64,000 nucleotides of DNA from Actinomycetota bacterium (GTDB taxonomy: Bacteria > Actinomycetota > UBA4738 > HRBIN12): assembly GCA_040882605.1 (NCBI GenBank), contig JBBEAY010000062.1, positions 4,661-68,660 on the forward strand, in the 5' to 3' direction. Below the pieces are notes generated by a model, which had not been told where the DNA came from, searched no databases, and worked only from the letters and a program-made list of their open reading frames with translations. Below are positions 45,584 to 54,873 of this stretch, in pieces; position 1 is the stretch's first letter, and each line of letters opens with the position of its first letter. Both the position numbers and the translations under genes were made by a program.

Positions 45584-46741
45584 ATGGCATCGGAGACGTT
45601 CACGTTCTACGTGCAGCCTTGGTACCGCAAGTCGCCGTACTTCGAGGCGACCAAGCGCCACGGCTGCAAGAGCTGGGGCTTGTACAACCACATGCTGCTG
45701 CCGACCCTCTACGACGACCCGGTGGCCGAGTACAACGCGCTGTTGCACGACGTGACGCTGTGGGACGTGAGCGTCGAGCGGTGCGTCGAGATCCGAGGGC
45801 GTGACGCGTTCGAGCTGACGAACCTCATCACATGCCGCGACCTCACCAAGGTCGGCGTGATGCAGGCGCGGTACGTCCTGCTCACGACCGCATGGGGCGG
45901 CATCGTGAACGATCCGGTGCTGCTGCGGCTCGCCGAGGACCGCTTCTGGCTCGCGCTCGCCGATTCCGACGCCCTGCTGTACGTGGCGGGCGTCGCGGCC
46001 GGTCGTGGCTTCGACGTGGAGATCGAGGAAGCCGACGTGGCGCCGATGCAGATCCAAGGACCGCGCTCGAAGGACGTGATCCGCGACTTGCTCGGCGACG
46101 AGGTGGCGGACCTGCGCTACTACTGGTGCGCCGAGACCCAGGTCGACGGCATCCCTGTTGTCGTCTCTCGCACCGGATGGACGGGCGAGGTCGGCTACGA
46201 GATCTACGGGCAGGACTCGGCCCGTGGCGACCAGCTGTTCGAGGCTGTCTATGCAGCGGGGGAGTCGTACGGCATGCGCGTGATCGCGCCGAGCGAGGCC
46301 CGGCGCATCGAGGCCGGCATCTTCAACTACGGCTCGGACATGCGGGCATCCGACACTCCCCTGCACATCACGGGGCTCGAGAAGTACGTGGAATCCGACC
46401 AGCCGCACGACTTCCTCGGACGCGAGGCGCTCGCGCGGCTCGCCGAGACCGGGGTCGCTCGCAAGCTTGTCGGCATCGACATCGGCGGCGAGCCGATGAC
46501 CGACGAGGGCGCGCTCAACGACTTCTGGCCTGTGCACGAGCCGGGCGGAGCACCGATCGGCCGCGTCACCGCGGGTGCGTGGTCGCCGCGTCTGGAGCGC
46601 AACGTCGGCTATGCATGGGTGCCCTCGTCGCACATGACCGAAGGCACGGGGTTGGAGGTCGCCTCGTCCACGGGTGTTCGCTCAGGGGCCGTCGCCCGGC
46701 TTCCGTTCGTCGATGCCGAGAAGCGGATCCCGGTCTCGTGA
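45584..46741 (+). CDS. GcvT-family folate-binding aminomethyltransferase, DmdA-like (paralog 2)
   Basis: About 55-60% identical to paralog 1 by eye across the full length (YNHMLLPTLYDD, VTLWDVSVERCVEIRG, GGIVNDPVLLRLAEDRFWLALADSD, SRTGWTGEVGYEIY). GGGAGGAG SD precedes ATG 45584. Confidence 0.8.
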   Translation: MASETFTFYVQPWYRKSPYFEATKRHGCKSWGLYNHMLLPTLYDDPVAEYNALLHDVTLWDVSVERCVEIRGRDAFELTNLITCRDLTKVGVMQARYVLLTTAWGGIVNDPVLLRLAEDRFWLALADSDALLYVAGVAAGRGFDVEIEEADVAPMQIQGPRSKDVIRDLLGDEVADLRYYWCAETQVDGIPVVVSRTGWTGEVGYEIYGQDSARGDQLFEAVYAAGESYGMRVIAPSEARRIEAGIFNYGSDMRASDTPLHITGLEKYVESDQPHDFLGREALARLAETGVARKLVGIDIGGEPMTDEGALNDFWPVHEPGGAPIGRVTAGAWSPRLERNVGYAWVPSSHMTEGTGLEVASSTGVRSGAVARLPFVDAEKRIPVS

Positions 46742-47520
46742 GCCAGGGCTCCATCTCGTTCGATCGGGCCGCCGCGTACTACGACGAGACGCGGGTCACC
46801 GACGACGCAAGCCTGCGCACGATCCTCGATCTGCTTGGCGAAGAGGTCTGCGGCCGGGGTCCGGTATTGGAGCTCGGCGTCGGAACCGGCCAGCTCGTCC
46901 TGCCACTCGCCGCACGGGGCGCGCCGGTCATCGGCCTCGACGTGTCTTCAGAGATGATGGCGGTGCTCCGCGACAAGGCGGGCGACACGCCCCGGCTGCC
47001 GCTCGTGCAGAGCGACGCGACCCGGTTGCCGGTCGCCGACGGGTCGCTCGGAGGCGCGTACGCGCGATGGGTCCTGCACCTCATCCCGGATTGGCTTCAG
47101 GCGCTCCGCGAGCTCGACCGCGTGGTGATAGCAGGTGGAAAGGTCGTCATCGAGCCCGGCGGATTCTCAGGGCAGTTCCGCGAGACATACCTGCGGTTCA
47201 AGCAGATCCTGGGCGATGCGGTTGTCGCGGTGGGGCTGAGCCACGTCGACCGCGACCGTCAGCTCGACGACGGGTTCGCCTCGATCGGCTGGGTCTTGCA
47301 TCGCGAGGTCCCTGTCGTCTACGAGCGCACGATCACCCTGCGCGAAGTCTTCGACGAGATCCCCACGAAGCGGTGGTCCTGGACCTGGCGGGTTCCCGAC
47401 GACGATCTCGCCGCAGCCACCGATGAGGTCCGTGCCTGGGCAGAGGCTCGGTTCGGCGGCCTCGACGACCCGGTGCCGGCTGAGTCGACGCGCTGGCGGG
47501 TTTACGCCAGAGCGCCATGA
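46738..47520 (+). CDS. Class-I SAM-dependent methyltransferase (copy A)
   Basis: FDRAAAYYDETR...VLELGVGTGQ (motif I)...GLDVS..M...ATRLP...RWVLHLIPDW. GTGA overlaps the DmdA-like 2 stop. Confidence 0.8.
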   Translation: MSQGSISFDRAAAYYDETRVTDDASLRTILDLLGEEVCGRGPVLELGVGTGQLVLPLAARGAPVIGLDVSSEMMAVLRDKAGDTPRLPLVQSDATRLPVADGSLGGAYARWVLHLIPDWLQALRELDRVVIAGGKVVIEPGGFSGQFRETYLRFKQILGDAVVAVGLSHVDRDRQLDDGFASIGWVLHREVPVVYERTITLREVFDEIPTKRWSWTWRVPDDDLAAATDEVRAWAEARFGGLDDPVPAESTRWRVYARAP

Positions 47521-48296
47521 GCGACTCGATCATGTTCGACCGGGCCGCCGAGTACTACGACGCGACTCGAGGTCTCTCCACCGAAGGCGTCCGCCGAACG
47601 ACCGAGACTTTGGTCGCTGCGTTCGACGGCGCCGGACCGATCCTGGAGGTGGGCGTCGGCACCGGGCAGGTGGCGATGCCGCTGAGCCACGCGGGGGTCG
47701 ACATGGTGGGGCTCGAGCTCTCTCGCCCGATGCTCGCGAAGCTGCTGGCCAAGGCCGGCGGCACACCACCGTTCCGGTTGGTCGAGGGCGACGCCACCCG
47801 CATGCCGTTCTTCGACGATGGCTTCGCGGGCGCCTACCTGCGATGGGTGCTGCATCTGATCCCCGATTGGAGAGCTGCCGTCCGAGAGATCGCTCGAGTG
47901 GTCGCGCCCGGTGGACCTTTCCTGGCGGCGCTCGGCTCCTACGGCGGCATGCGCTCGGAGATCCAAGCTCGATTCGCCGAGATCACCGGCGTCTCGATCG
48001 AGCCGGCCGGCCTCACGTGGGACGGCTGGGATGAGCTCGACGAGGAGGTCGCGATGTTGGGCGGCGAGAGGCTCGACGACGTCACCTTCCTCGAACGCGA
48101 CCGCGACGATCTCGAGGCGTTCGTGAGAGGCATCGAGGGGAACATGTTCTCGTGGACGTGGGCGATCACCGACGAGGCATCTAGGGCGAACGCGACGACC
48201 GGCGCGAGATCGTGGGCCGAAGAACGCTGGGGTCCGCTCGACAAGGTTCCACCGGTAGTGTTCGAGTGGCGTTTCGCCGTCTACCGGCTGCATTGA
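47517..48296 (+). CDS. Class-I SAM-dependent methyltransferase (copy B, tandem paralog)
   Basis: About 40-45% identical to copy A by eye, with the same motifs (FDRAAEYYDATR, ILEVGVGTGQ, RWVLHLIPDW). ATGA overlaps copy A. Confidence 0.8.
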   Translation: MSDSIMFDRAAEYYDATRGLSTEGVRRTTETLVAAFDGAGPILEVGVGTGQVAMPLSHAGVDMVGLELSRPMLAKLLAKAGGTPPFRLVEGDATRMPFFDDGFAGAYLRWVLHLIPDWRAAVREIARVVAPGGPFLAALGSYGGMRSEIQARFAEITGVSIEPAGLTWDGWDELDEEVAMLGGERLDDVTFLERDRDDLEAFVRGIEGNMFSWTWAITDEASRANATTGARSWAEERWGPLDKVPPVVFEWRFAVYRLH

Positions 48297-48324
48297 GCTC
48301 GGCTGAGGCCAACCGGCGTACCCG

Positions 48325-48753
48325 TCAGTCGTTCACGTAGTCGTCGGGGTGATCGACCACGCCCGGCGCATCTTCGCGGACGTGCATCGCGGCGAGCTCC
48401 GGGGCGACATGACCCTCGGTGAGATCGGAGTCGGCCACGAGATCCGGCTCGCGATCGACCCCGTCTTCATCGTCGCCATCGACCAGATCGACGCTCGTGT
48501 CGCGCCGCACACGCTGAGGCTGTTCGCGACGGGTCCGGTCGTCGATCGTGTCACCGTCGTGCTGCTCGGACGCCGTGGTGTCCTCGTCGACACCCTGGTA
48601 GCAGTCCATGTCGCTGATCATGTCCTCCATCGCTTCGCCGCCGTCATCATCGGCGTCGGTCGGTGATGGTCCCTCACTCGGTGTGAGCTGACTTCCATTT
48701 CCCATGGGGTCGGTCATAGCCGTCACCGTACCCGGCTTCCCTCGGGTCCACAC
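48325..48753 (-). CDS. Highly acidic small protein (DUF5709-like), unknown function
   Basis: By my count about 40 of 142 residues are Asp or Glu. The C-terminal ...PELAAMHVRED... resembles the DUF5709 pattern. An alternative start is ATG 48717. Confidence 0.5.
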   Translation of the reverse strand: MWTRGKPGTVTAMTDPMGNGSQLTPSEGPSPTDADDDGGEAMEDMISDMDCYQGVDEDTTASEQHDGDTIDDRTRREQPQRVRRDTSVDLVDGDDEDGVDREPDLVADSDLTEGHVAPELAAMHVREDAPGVVDHPDDYVND

Positions 48754-48842
48754 CCTCGCGGGGGTGCCTGAACGCCGGTATCCTTGGGCTCATCGCCCGG
48801 CGCGGAACCGCACGCGCGACGCCACCAGTAGGAGGTTCGAAG

Positions 48843-49769
48843 GTGCCGATCACCGAGGTCGAGAAGATCTGGATGAACGGCGAGCTCGTGCTCTGGCAGG
48901 ACGCCAAGGTGCACGTGCTCAGCCACGCCCTGCACTACGGCAGCGGCGTATTCGAGGGCATCCGGGCATACGAGACCTCGCGCGGCCCCGCGGTGTGGCA
49001 TCTCGATGCGCACCTCGACCGCATGTACAGCTCGGCGGGCATCTACTTCATGGACATCCCGTATTCCAAGGCCGAGCTCGTCGACGCCGTCAAGCAGACG
49101 ATCCGCGTCAACGGGCTGCAGTCGTGCTACATCCGGCCGATCGCGATCCGCGGGTACGGCGAGATGGGCGTGAGCCCGCTCGCGAACCCAGTCGACGTCT
49201 CGATCGCCGTCTGGCCATGGGGCGCTTACCTCGGTGAGGAAGCCCTCGAGCAAGGCGTGCGGGTGAAGATCAGCTCGTGGAGGCGCCACGACCAGAACTC
49301 GTTGCCTTCCGCCGCGAAGGCCACGGGCGGATACCTCGGGTCCATACTTGCGAAGGTCGATGCCATCAAGTCCGGCTACGACGAGGCCGTGCTGCTGAAC
49401 GCCGAGGGCTACGTGACCGAGGGCTCGGGCGAGAACATCTTCGTCGTGAACGGCGGCACGCTCGTCACGCCGCACACCGGACACGGCTGCCTGGCGGGCG
49501 TCACGCGCAGCGCGGTCATGACGATCGCGCGCGACCTCGGTTTCCCTGTGCTCGAGCAGAACCTCGTGCGCACCGATCTCTACACGGCCGACGAGGTGTT
49601 CTTCACAGGCACGGCCGCCGAGATCACCCCGATCCGTGAGGTCGACGATCGCACGGTGGGGGCCGGGCACCGCGGTTCGGTCACCAAAGCCCTGCAAGAC
49701 GCGTTCTTCGCCGCCACCAAGGGCGACGACCCCAAGTACGTGGAGTGGCTCACGTACGTGAACGACTGA
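48843..49769 (+). CDS. ilvE: Branched-chain-amino-acid aminotransferase (class IV)
   Basis: IWMNGELV.W.DAKVHVLSHALHYGSGVFEGIRAY..., YIRPIA, AAKATGGYLGS and ENIFVV. TAGGAGGT SD precedes GTG 48843. Confidence 0.9.
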   Translation: MPITEVEKIWMNGELVLWQDAKVHVLSHALHYGSGVFEGIRAYETSRGPAVWHLDAHLDRMYSSAGIYFMDIPYSKAELVDAVKQTIRVNGLQSCYIRPIAIRGYGEMGVSPLANPVDVSIAVWPWGAYLGEEALEQGVRVKISSWRRHDQNSLPSAAKATGGYLGSILAKVDAIKSGYDEAVLLNAEGYVTEGSGENIFVVNGGTLVTPHTGHGCLAGVTRSAVMTIARDLGFPVLEQNLVRTDLYTADEVFFTGTAAEITPIREVDDRTVGAGHRGSVTKALQDAFFAATKGDDPKYVEWLTYVND

Positions 49770-49797
49770 CCGGTCGATAGCGCGGCGCTGCCACCCC

Positions 49798-50652
49798 TCA
49801 CTCCCCGAGCTCGAGCGTGCGGATCACGTCCCATTCCGCCGTGCCGACCACGGCGCCGAGCTCTCGAGCGATGCCTACCATGAACGAGGATCCGAGCCGG
49901 TCCCGCTCGGTCGGCACCCAGAACGTGTAGGAGACTCCCGGCCGCAACGCGATGGTGCCGGCTCGCGGCACGTCGAACACAGGCCGGGTCGGTCCGGGGA
50001 ACGAGAACGACACGAGGTCGCCGAGGCGACCGCCGATCGCGACGCCCACGGTCATCTCGATCGGACGCCGGTCGGTGTGGGTGAGCAGCCACGCGAGCAC
50101 CGGCGGCGGCCGCCAGTCGAGCTGTCGGCCGAGGACCCGATCACGCAGGCGTGGCTCGACTCGCGCCCGGTAGGCCTCGAGCGAGCGTGCGTACCACGCA
50201 CGGTCACCCGAACGCTCGAGCGGTCGGTTCGACGAGGTCCCGAACGGCCGAAGTTGGTCGAGGTCGAATACCGCCAGGCTCGTCGATGCGCCCGGACGTC
50301 CGATGGACACAGCAGCGACTCCTTGGCCCGCTGGACCCCAGATCGAATCTCCGGCGAACCAGCCATCGGGCAACGTGACCGACACCGCTTCGGACATCCC
50401 GGGAAGCCGGTACGTGCCGGGCGCCAGCGCCGAGCTCCCCGGGAGCGGTGCCTCGGACGCGGTCACGGGCGATCGGCCGGGTCCACCGCTGCCGGCGTTC
50501 GCGACGATGAGCCAGACCACGACGCTGATCGCACCGAGGAACGCGAGCGTGCCGATGCGTCGGCGTCGGTCGGGCAGAAGACCGACGACCGGCGGCGTCA
50601 CTCCCGCCTGGCCGTCGTTATCGATCGTCGCGTCGCGAGGAGTCGTTCGCAT
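49798..50652 (-). CDS. Hypothetical membrane-anchored exported protein
   Basis: One N-terminal TM segment (IGTLAFLGAISVVVWLIVA) followed by a soluble domain I do not recognise. High GC3. ATG 50652 was chosen to avoid overlapping the pepN start. Confidence 0.5.
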   Translation of the reverse strand: MRTTPRDATIDNDGQAGVTPPVVGLLPDRRRRIGTLAFLGAISVVVWLIVANAGSGGPGRSPVTASEAPLPGSSALAPGTYRLPGMSEAVSVTLPDGWFAGDSIWGPAGQGVAAVSIGRPGASTSLAVFDLDQLRPFGTSSNRPLERSGDRAWYARSLEAYRARVEPRLRDRVLGRQLDWRPPPVLAWLLTHTDRRPIEMTVGVAIGGRLGDLVSFSFPGPTRPVFDVPRAGTIALRPGVSYTFWVPTERDRLGSSFMVGIARELGAVVGTAEWDVIRTLELGE

Positions 50653-50750
50653 GGTCGGGTCTGAGCCTTTCCCAAGCAAGGCTCTCACGAGCGAGGACAA
50701 CGCGCTCGATGCCGGGGAGCGCGTCCGGCCGTGATGGGTTCGCGGCGCGG

Positions 50751-50756
50751 TAGGCT
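50751..50756 (+). promoter_or_regulatory. Putative -10 (TAGGCT) for leaderless pepN
   Basis: TANNNT hexamer 8 nt upstream of ATG 50765, with no SD. Confidence 0.4.
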
Positions 50757-50764
50757 CCCCAACC

Positions 50765-53290
50765 ATGCAGGACCGCTACCGCCTTCCTCGGGCCGTCGTT
50801 CCCACGCGATACGACCTGATACTCGAGCCCGATCTCGAGGCAGCGACATTCGTAGGAAGCGTCGAGGTTGCCGTCGAGGTGCATGAGCGGGTCGGCGAGA
50901 TCGTCGTGAACGCCCTCGAGCTCGCCATCGACGGGGCCTCGCTCCGAGGCGACGGAGGCGGCGAGATCCAGGTGAGCGGCATCGCGCTCGACGAAGAGCT
51001 GCAGCGCGCCACCCTGACCCTTGAGTCGCCCGCCGAGCCCGGCCCGTGGACCCTCGCGATGACTTTCAGAGGCGAGCTCAACGATCAGCTTCACGGCTTC
51101 TACCGCTCGACCTACACCGACGACGACGGCACCCACACGATCGCGACGACGCAGTTCGAGACGGCCGATGCCAGGCGCGCCTTTCCATGCTGGGACGAGC
51201 CGGACCTGAAGGCGGTATTCGGCATCACGCTGGTCGTGCCCGACGGCGTCGTGGCATTGTCGAACGGTCCCGAGACCACGCGGGAACCGACGGGCGACGG
51301 CCGGGTGCGCGTTGGGTTCGCCGACACGATGCTGATGTCGACCTACCTGGTGGCCTTCGTCGTGGGCCGGCTCGAGATCACAGAGCCGATAGACGTCGAC
51401 GGGGTGCCGCTGCGGCTCGTGCACCTTCCGGGTAAGGGGCATCTCGCGAAGTTCGCGCTCGAGGCGGGCGAGTTCTCCTTGCGGTTCTTCACGGACTACT
51501 ACGCGATCCCGTATCCCGACCGCAAGGTCGACTTCGTCGCGCTCCCCGACTTCGCGCAAGGGGCGATGGAGAACACCGGCCTGATCACCTACCGCGAGTC
51601 GCTGTTGCTCGTCGACCCGGTGCACGCGACCCAGCCCGAGCTCGAGAACATCGCCGATGTGGTCGCGCACGAGCTTGCCCACCAGTGGTTCGGCAACCTC
51701 GTGACGATGCGCTGGTGGAACGGCATCTGGCTGAACGAGGCGTTCGCGACGTTCATGGCGCTCATCACCGTTGACGCATGGCGACCCGATTGGGAGCGCT
51801 GGACCTCGTTCGGCCGCTACAACACCTCGGCCAAGGAAGTCGACGCGCTTCGTTCGACGCGCGCGATCGAATATCCGGTGCACTCACCCGACGACGCGTC
51901 GGGGATGTTCGACGTGCTGACGTATCAGAAGGGCGCGGCGATCCTACGCATGCTCGAGCAGTACCTCGGCGCCGAGCGTTTCCGCGACGGCATCAGGCTG
52001 TATCTCGCTCGCCATGCTTACGGCAACACCGAGACCCACGACCTCTGGCACGAGATCGAGGAATCGAGCGGGGAACCGGTGCGCCGCATCATGGACCAGT
52101 GGATCTGGCAGGGTGGCTACCCGCTGCTCACCGCCTCATCCACCGACGACGGCATCGCGATCGAGCAGCGGCGCTTCCTGGCCGACGGCGGCACCGATCA
52201 CGCGGTGTGGGACGTGCCTTTGCGGGTACGCGCCCTCGACGGCGACGAGACGTCGGTGCTCGTGCCGGCCGACGGCACAGTGGTGCCGGCGCCCGTCGAT
52301 GCGGCGGTCGTCGTGAACGCGGGGGCGAGCAGCTTCGCGCGGGTCCGGTACCAGGATGGGTTGCTCGAAGGGCTCACCGACCGGTTGGTGGAGCTGACGC
52401 CCCTCGAGCGGTACGGCCTCGTCGACGACCATTGGGCCGCGGTCACCTCGGGCGCAGCGCCGGCCTCGGAGTTCGTGGCGGCGGCGTCGAGCTATCGCGA
52501 CGACGACGACCTCGCCGTCTGGCAGTTGCTGATGCAGGGTCTCGGCTGGTGCGATCGGTTCCTCGAAGGCGAGCACCGCGAGCGACTGCGCGCGTTCGTG
52601 CGCCGGTTGGTTGCGCCCGCGATGGACCGGCTCGGATGGGAAGCCGACGCCGACGAGCCCGATCGCATCAGGGCGCTGCGTGGCGCGCTGCTGCAGGGAC
52701 TGGGGGTGCTCGGCGCCGATCCGAACGCTGAGGCTGCGGCGCGAGAGTTCGAGGCCGAGGCTCGCGCCGGAAAGCCGGTCGACGCGTCGCTCGCCGCGGC
52801 CGCGGTGAACGTGGTCGCGTTCAACGGCGATGCCACGGACTACGAGCACTTCTGGACGGCGTATCACGACTCGCCAACACCCCAGGAGCAGTACCGCTAC
52901 CTGTTCGCCCTGCCGCTGTTCCGCGACCCGGTGCTGCTCGATCGCACGCTCGAGGCCACGTTCGGCGACGACATCCGCAGCCAGGACGCCCCGTTCGTAT
53001 TCGCATACGCGGTGACCAACCGCGACCTGGGTGATCGTGCGTGGGCGACCCTGCGCGAGCGATGGGACGAGACCCAGGAGCGCTTCCCGTCGCAGCTGAC
53101 GATCCGCCTGGCCGACGGTGCTCGGTACCTGACGAAGCCCGAGCAGGTCGCCGAAGCCGAGGCGTTCTTCACGGAACACCCGATCCCGCAGTCGGCAAAG
53201 ATGTTGGAGCAGATGTTGGAGCGCCAGCGGATCGCCGCGGCCCTGCGCGAACGAGCCACGCCCGATCTCGAGGCCTACTTCTCGGGCTGA
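50765..53290 (+). CDS. pepN: Aminopeptidase N (M1 family)
   Basis: GAMEN exopeptidase motif and HELAHQWFGNLVTMRWWNGIWLNEAFA (HEXXH-18-E). 841 aa. Confidence 0.95.
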   Translation: MQDRYRLPRAVVPTRYDLILEPDLEAATFVGSVEVAVEVHERVGEIVVNALELAIDGASLRGDGGGEIQVSGIALDEELQRATLTLESPAEPGPWTLAMTFRGELNDQLHGFYRSTYTDDDGTHTIATTQFETADARRAFPCWDEPDLKAVFGITLVVPDGVVALSNGPETTREPTGDGRVRVGFADTMLMSTYLVAFVVGRLEITEPIDVDGVPLRLVHLPGKGHLAKFALEAGEFSLRFFTDYYAIPYPDRKVDFVALPDFAQGAMENTGLITYRESLLLVDPVHATQPELENIADVVAHELAHQWFGNLVTMRWWNGIWLNEAFATFMALITVDAWRPDWERWTSFGRYNTSAKEVDALRSTRAIEYPVHSPDDASGMFDVLTYQKGAAILRMLEQYLGAERFRDGIRLYLARHAYGNTETHDLWHEIEESSGEPVRRIMDQWIWQGGYPLLTASSTDDGIAIEQRRFLADGGTDHAVWDVPLRVRALDGDETSVLVPADGTVVPAPVDAAVVVNAGASSFARVRYQDGLLEGLTDRLVELTPLERYGLVDDHWAAVTSGAAPASEFVAAASSYRDDDDLAVWQLLMQGLGWCDRFLEGEHRERLRAFVRRLVAPAMDRLGWEADADEPDRIRALRGALLQGLGVLGADPNAEAAAREFEAEARAGKPVDASLAAAAVNVVAFNGDATDYEHFWTAYHDSPTPQEQYRYLFALPLFRDPVLLDRTLEATFGDDIRSQDAPFVFAYAVTNRDLGDRAWATLRERWDETQERFPSQLTIRLADGARYLTKPEQVAEAEAFFTEHPIPQSAKMLEQMLERQRIAAALRERATPDLEAYFSG

Positions 53291-53370
53291 GCACTCGCCT
53301 GGACCGGATCCCGGCCGCTCGGCTTGACAGGACTTCCCTGCCCCCCATACCGTTCGGACACGAACGACCT

Positions 53371-54858
53371 TTGGGCGTTCCTCGAAACACGGGGGAGGGG
53401 AGCACGACGAGTCACGCCGTCGTCGAAGGCATCGAGGTCTCGATCGACCACTGGATAGGGGGCGAGCGCGTCGCGTCCCCAACCACGTTCACCGATGTCT
53501 CGCCGATCGACGAGCAGCCGATCGCCGAAGTCGCCCGTGGCGGCGCAGACGAGGCCGACCAGGCCGTTGCCGCTGCCCGCACGGCGAGCGAGATCTGGGG
53601 CTCGACGCCGGCCAAGGAACGGGCCGAGGCGCTTCACCGCGTCGCCGACGGGGTCGAGGCGCGCGTGCCCGAGCTCGCGTCGGTCGAGACCCGCGACAAC
53701 GGCTCGCTGCTCCGCTCGATGCAGAACTCCGTGATGCCGCGGGTCGCCCGCAACTTCCGGTTCTTCGCGGACCAGCTGCTCGCGCTCGAGACAGGCGTGA
53801 AGGACTACGAGGGCTTCGCCGAGCACGTGGCCTGGGACCCGAGCGGCGTCACGGTCGTGATCACGCCGTGGAACGCGCCGCTCATGCTCGCGACGTGGCG
53901 CGTGGCACCTGCGCTCGCGGCCGGCAACGCGGTGATCCTCAAGCCCCCGGAGTGGGCGCCACTCACCGCATCGATGCTCGCAGAGATCGTGCGCGACGCT
54001 GGCCTTCCCGATGGCGCATTCAACGTGCTGCAAGGCATCGGTGAGGAAGCCGGCGCCGCCCTCACCGCCCACCCCGGCGTCGACCGCATCGCTTTCACCG
54101 GAAGCGTGCCAACCGGCAAGCTCGTCGCGCAGTCCGCGGGCGCGAACCTGACCCCGGCCTCGCTCGAGCTCGGAGGCAAGTCGCCGTTCGTCGCGTTCGC
54201 CGACGCCGACCTCGACGCCGTCGTGCTGCAGGCCGTGAACCAGTTCGACAACGCCGGCCAGGTGTGTCTCGCCGGCACGCGGCTGATCGTGGAGCGCTCG
54301 ATGCACGACGGGTTCCTCGAGCGATTCGCCGACGCGGCCGCCGCGATCGTGCAGGGCGATCCTCGCGACGAGGCCACCGACATCGGCCCGCAGATCACCC
54401 GCGAGCACTTCGATCGCGTCGACGGCTTCGTGCAGCGCGCGAAGAACGACGGAGCCACGACTGTTTTCGGCGGCGGCCCGAACGAGGACCTCGGAGGCCT
54501 CTACTACCGACCGACGCTGTTCGACGATGCGCCGACAGGATCGGAGATCCTCACCAAGGAGGTGTTCGGCCCGGTGCTCACGCTCCAGACCTTCGAGGAC
54601 GAGGACGAGGCCGTCGCGCTCGCCAACTCGACCGACTACGGTCTCGCCGCGGTCCTTTACACGGGCGATGAGGCCCGGGCGGAACGCGTCAGCTCGAAAC
54701 TCGTCGCGGGCACCGTCTGGGTGAACTGCTTCTTCGTGCGCGACCTGGCGGCGCCATTCGGCGGGGCGCGCGGCTCCGGCATCGGCCGTGAGGGCGGACC
54801 CTGGAGCTTCGACTTCCACGCGGACGTGAAGAATGTCTGCACCGCACCATGGAACTGA
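53371..54858 (+). CDS. hpaE: Aldehyde dehydrogenase, 5-carboxymethyl-2-hydroxymuconate-semialdehyde-dehydrogenase (HpaE/HpcC)-like
   Basis: IDHWIGGERVA..., ITPWNAPLMLATWRVAPALAAGN, ELGGKSP, NAGQVCLAGTR and a C-terminal FGGARGSGIGREGG..SFDF..DVKNV align with E. coli HpcC as I recall it. The start is uncertain (see findings). Confidence 0.7.
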   Translation: MGVPRNTGEGSTTSHAVVEGIEVSIDHWIGGERVASPTTFTDVSPIDEQPIAEVARGGADEADQAVAAARTASEIWGSTPAKERAEALHRVADGVEARVPELASVETRDNGSLLRSMQNSVMPRVARNFRFFADQLLALETGVKDYEGFAEHVAWDPSGVTVVITPWNAPLMLATWRVAPALAAGNAVILKPPEWAPLTASMLAEIVRDAGLPDGAFNVLQGIGEEAGAALTAHPGVDRIAFTGSVPTGKLVAQSAGANLTPASLELGGKSPFVAFADADLDAVVLQAVNQFDNAGQVCLAGTRLIVERSMHDGFLERFADAAAAIVQGDPRDEATDIGPQITREHFDRVDGFVQRAKNDGATTVFGGGPNEDLGGLYYRPTLFDDAPTGSEILTKEVFGPVLTLQTFEDEDEAVALANSTDYGLAAVLYTGDEARAERVSSKLVAGTVWVNCFFVRDLAAPFGGARGSGIGREGGPWSFDFHADVKNVCTAPWN

Positions 54859-54873
54859 AGGAGGAGGAACGAC

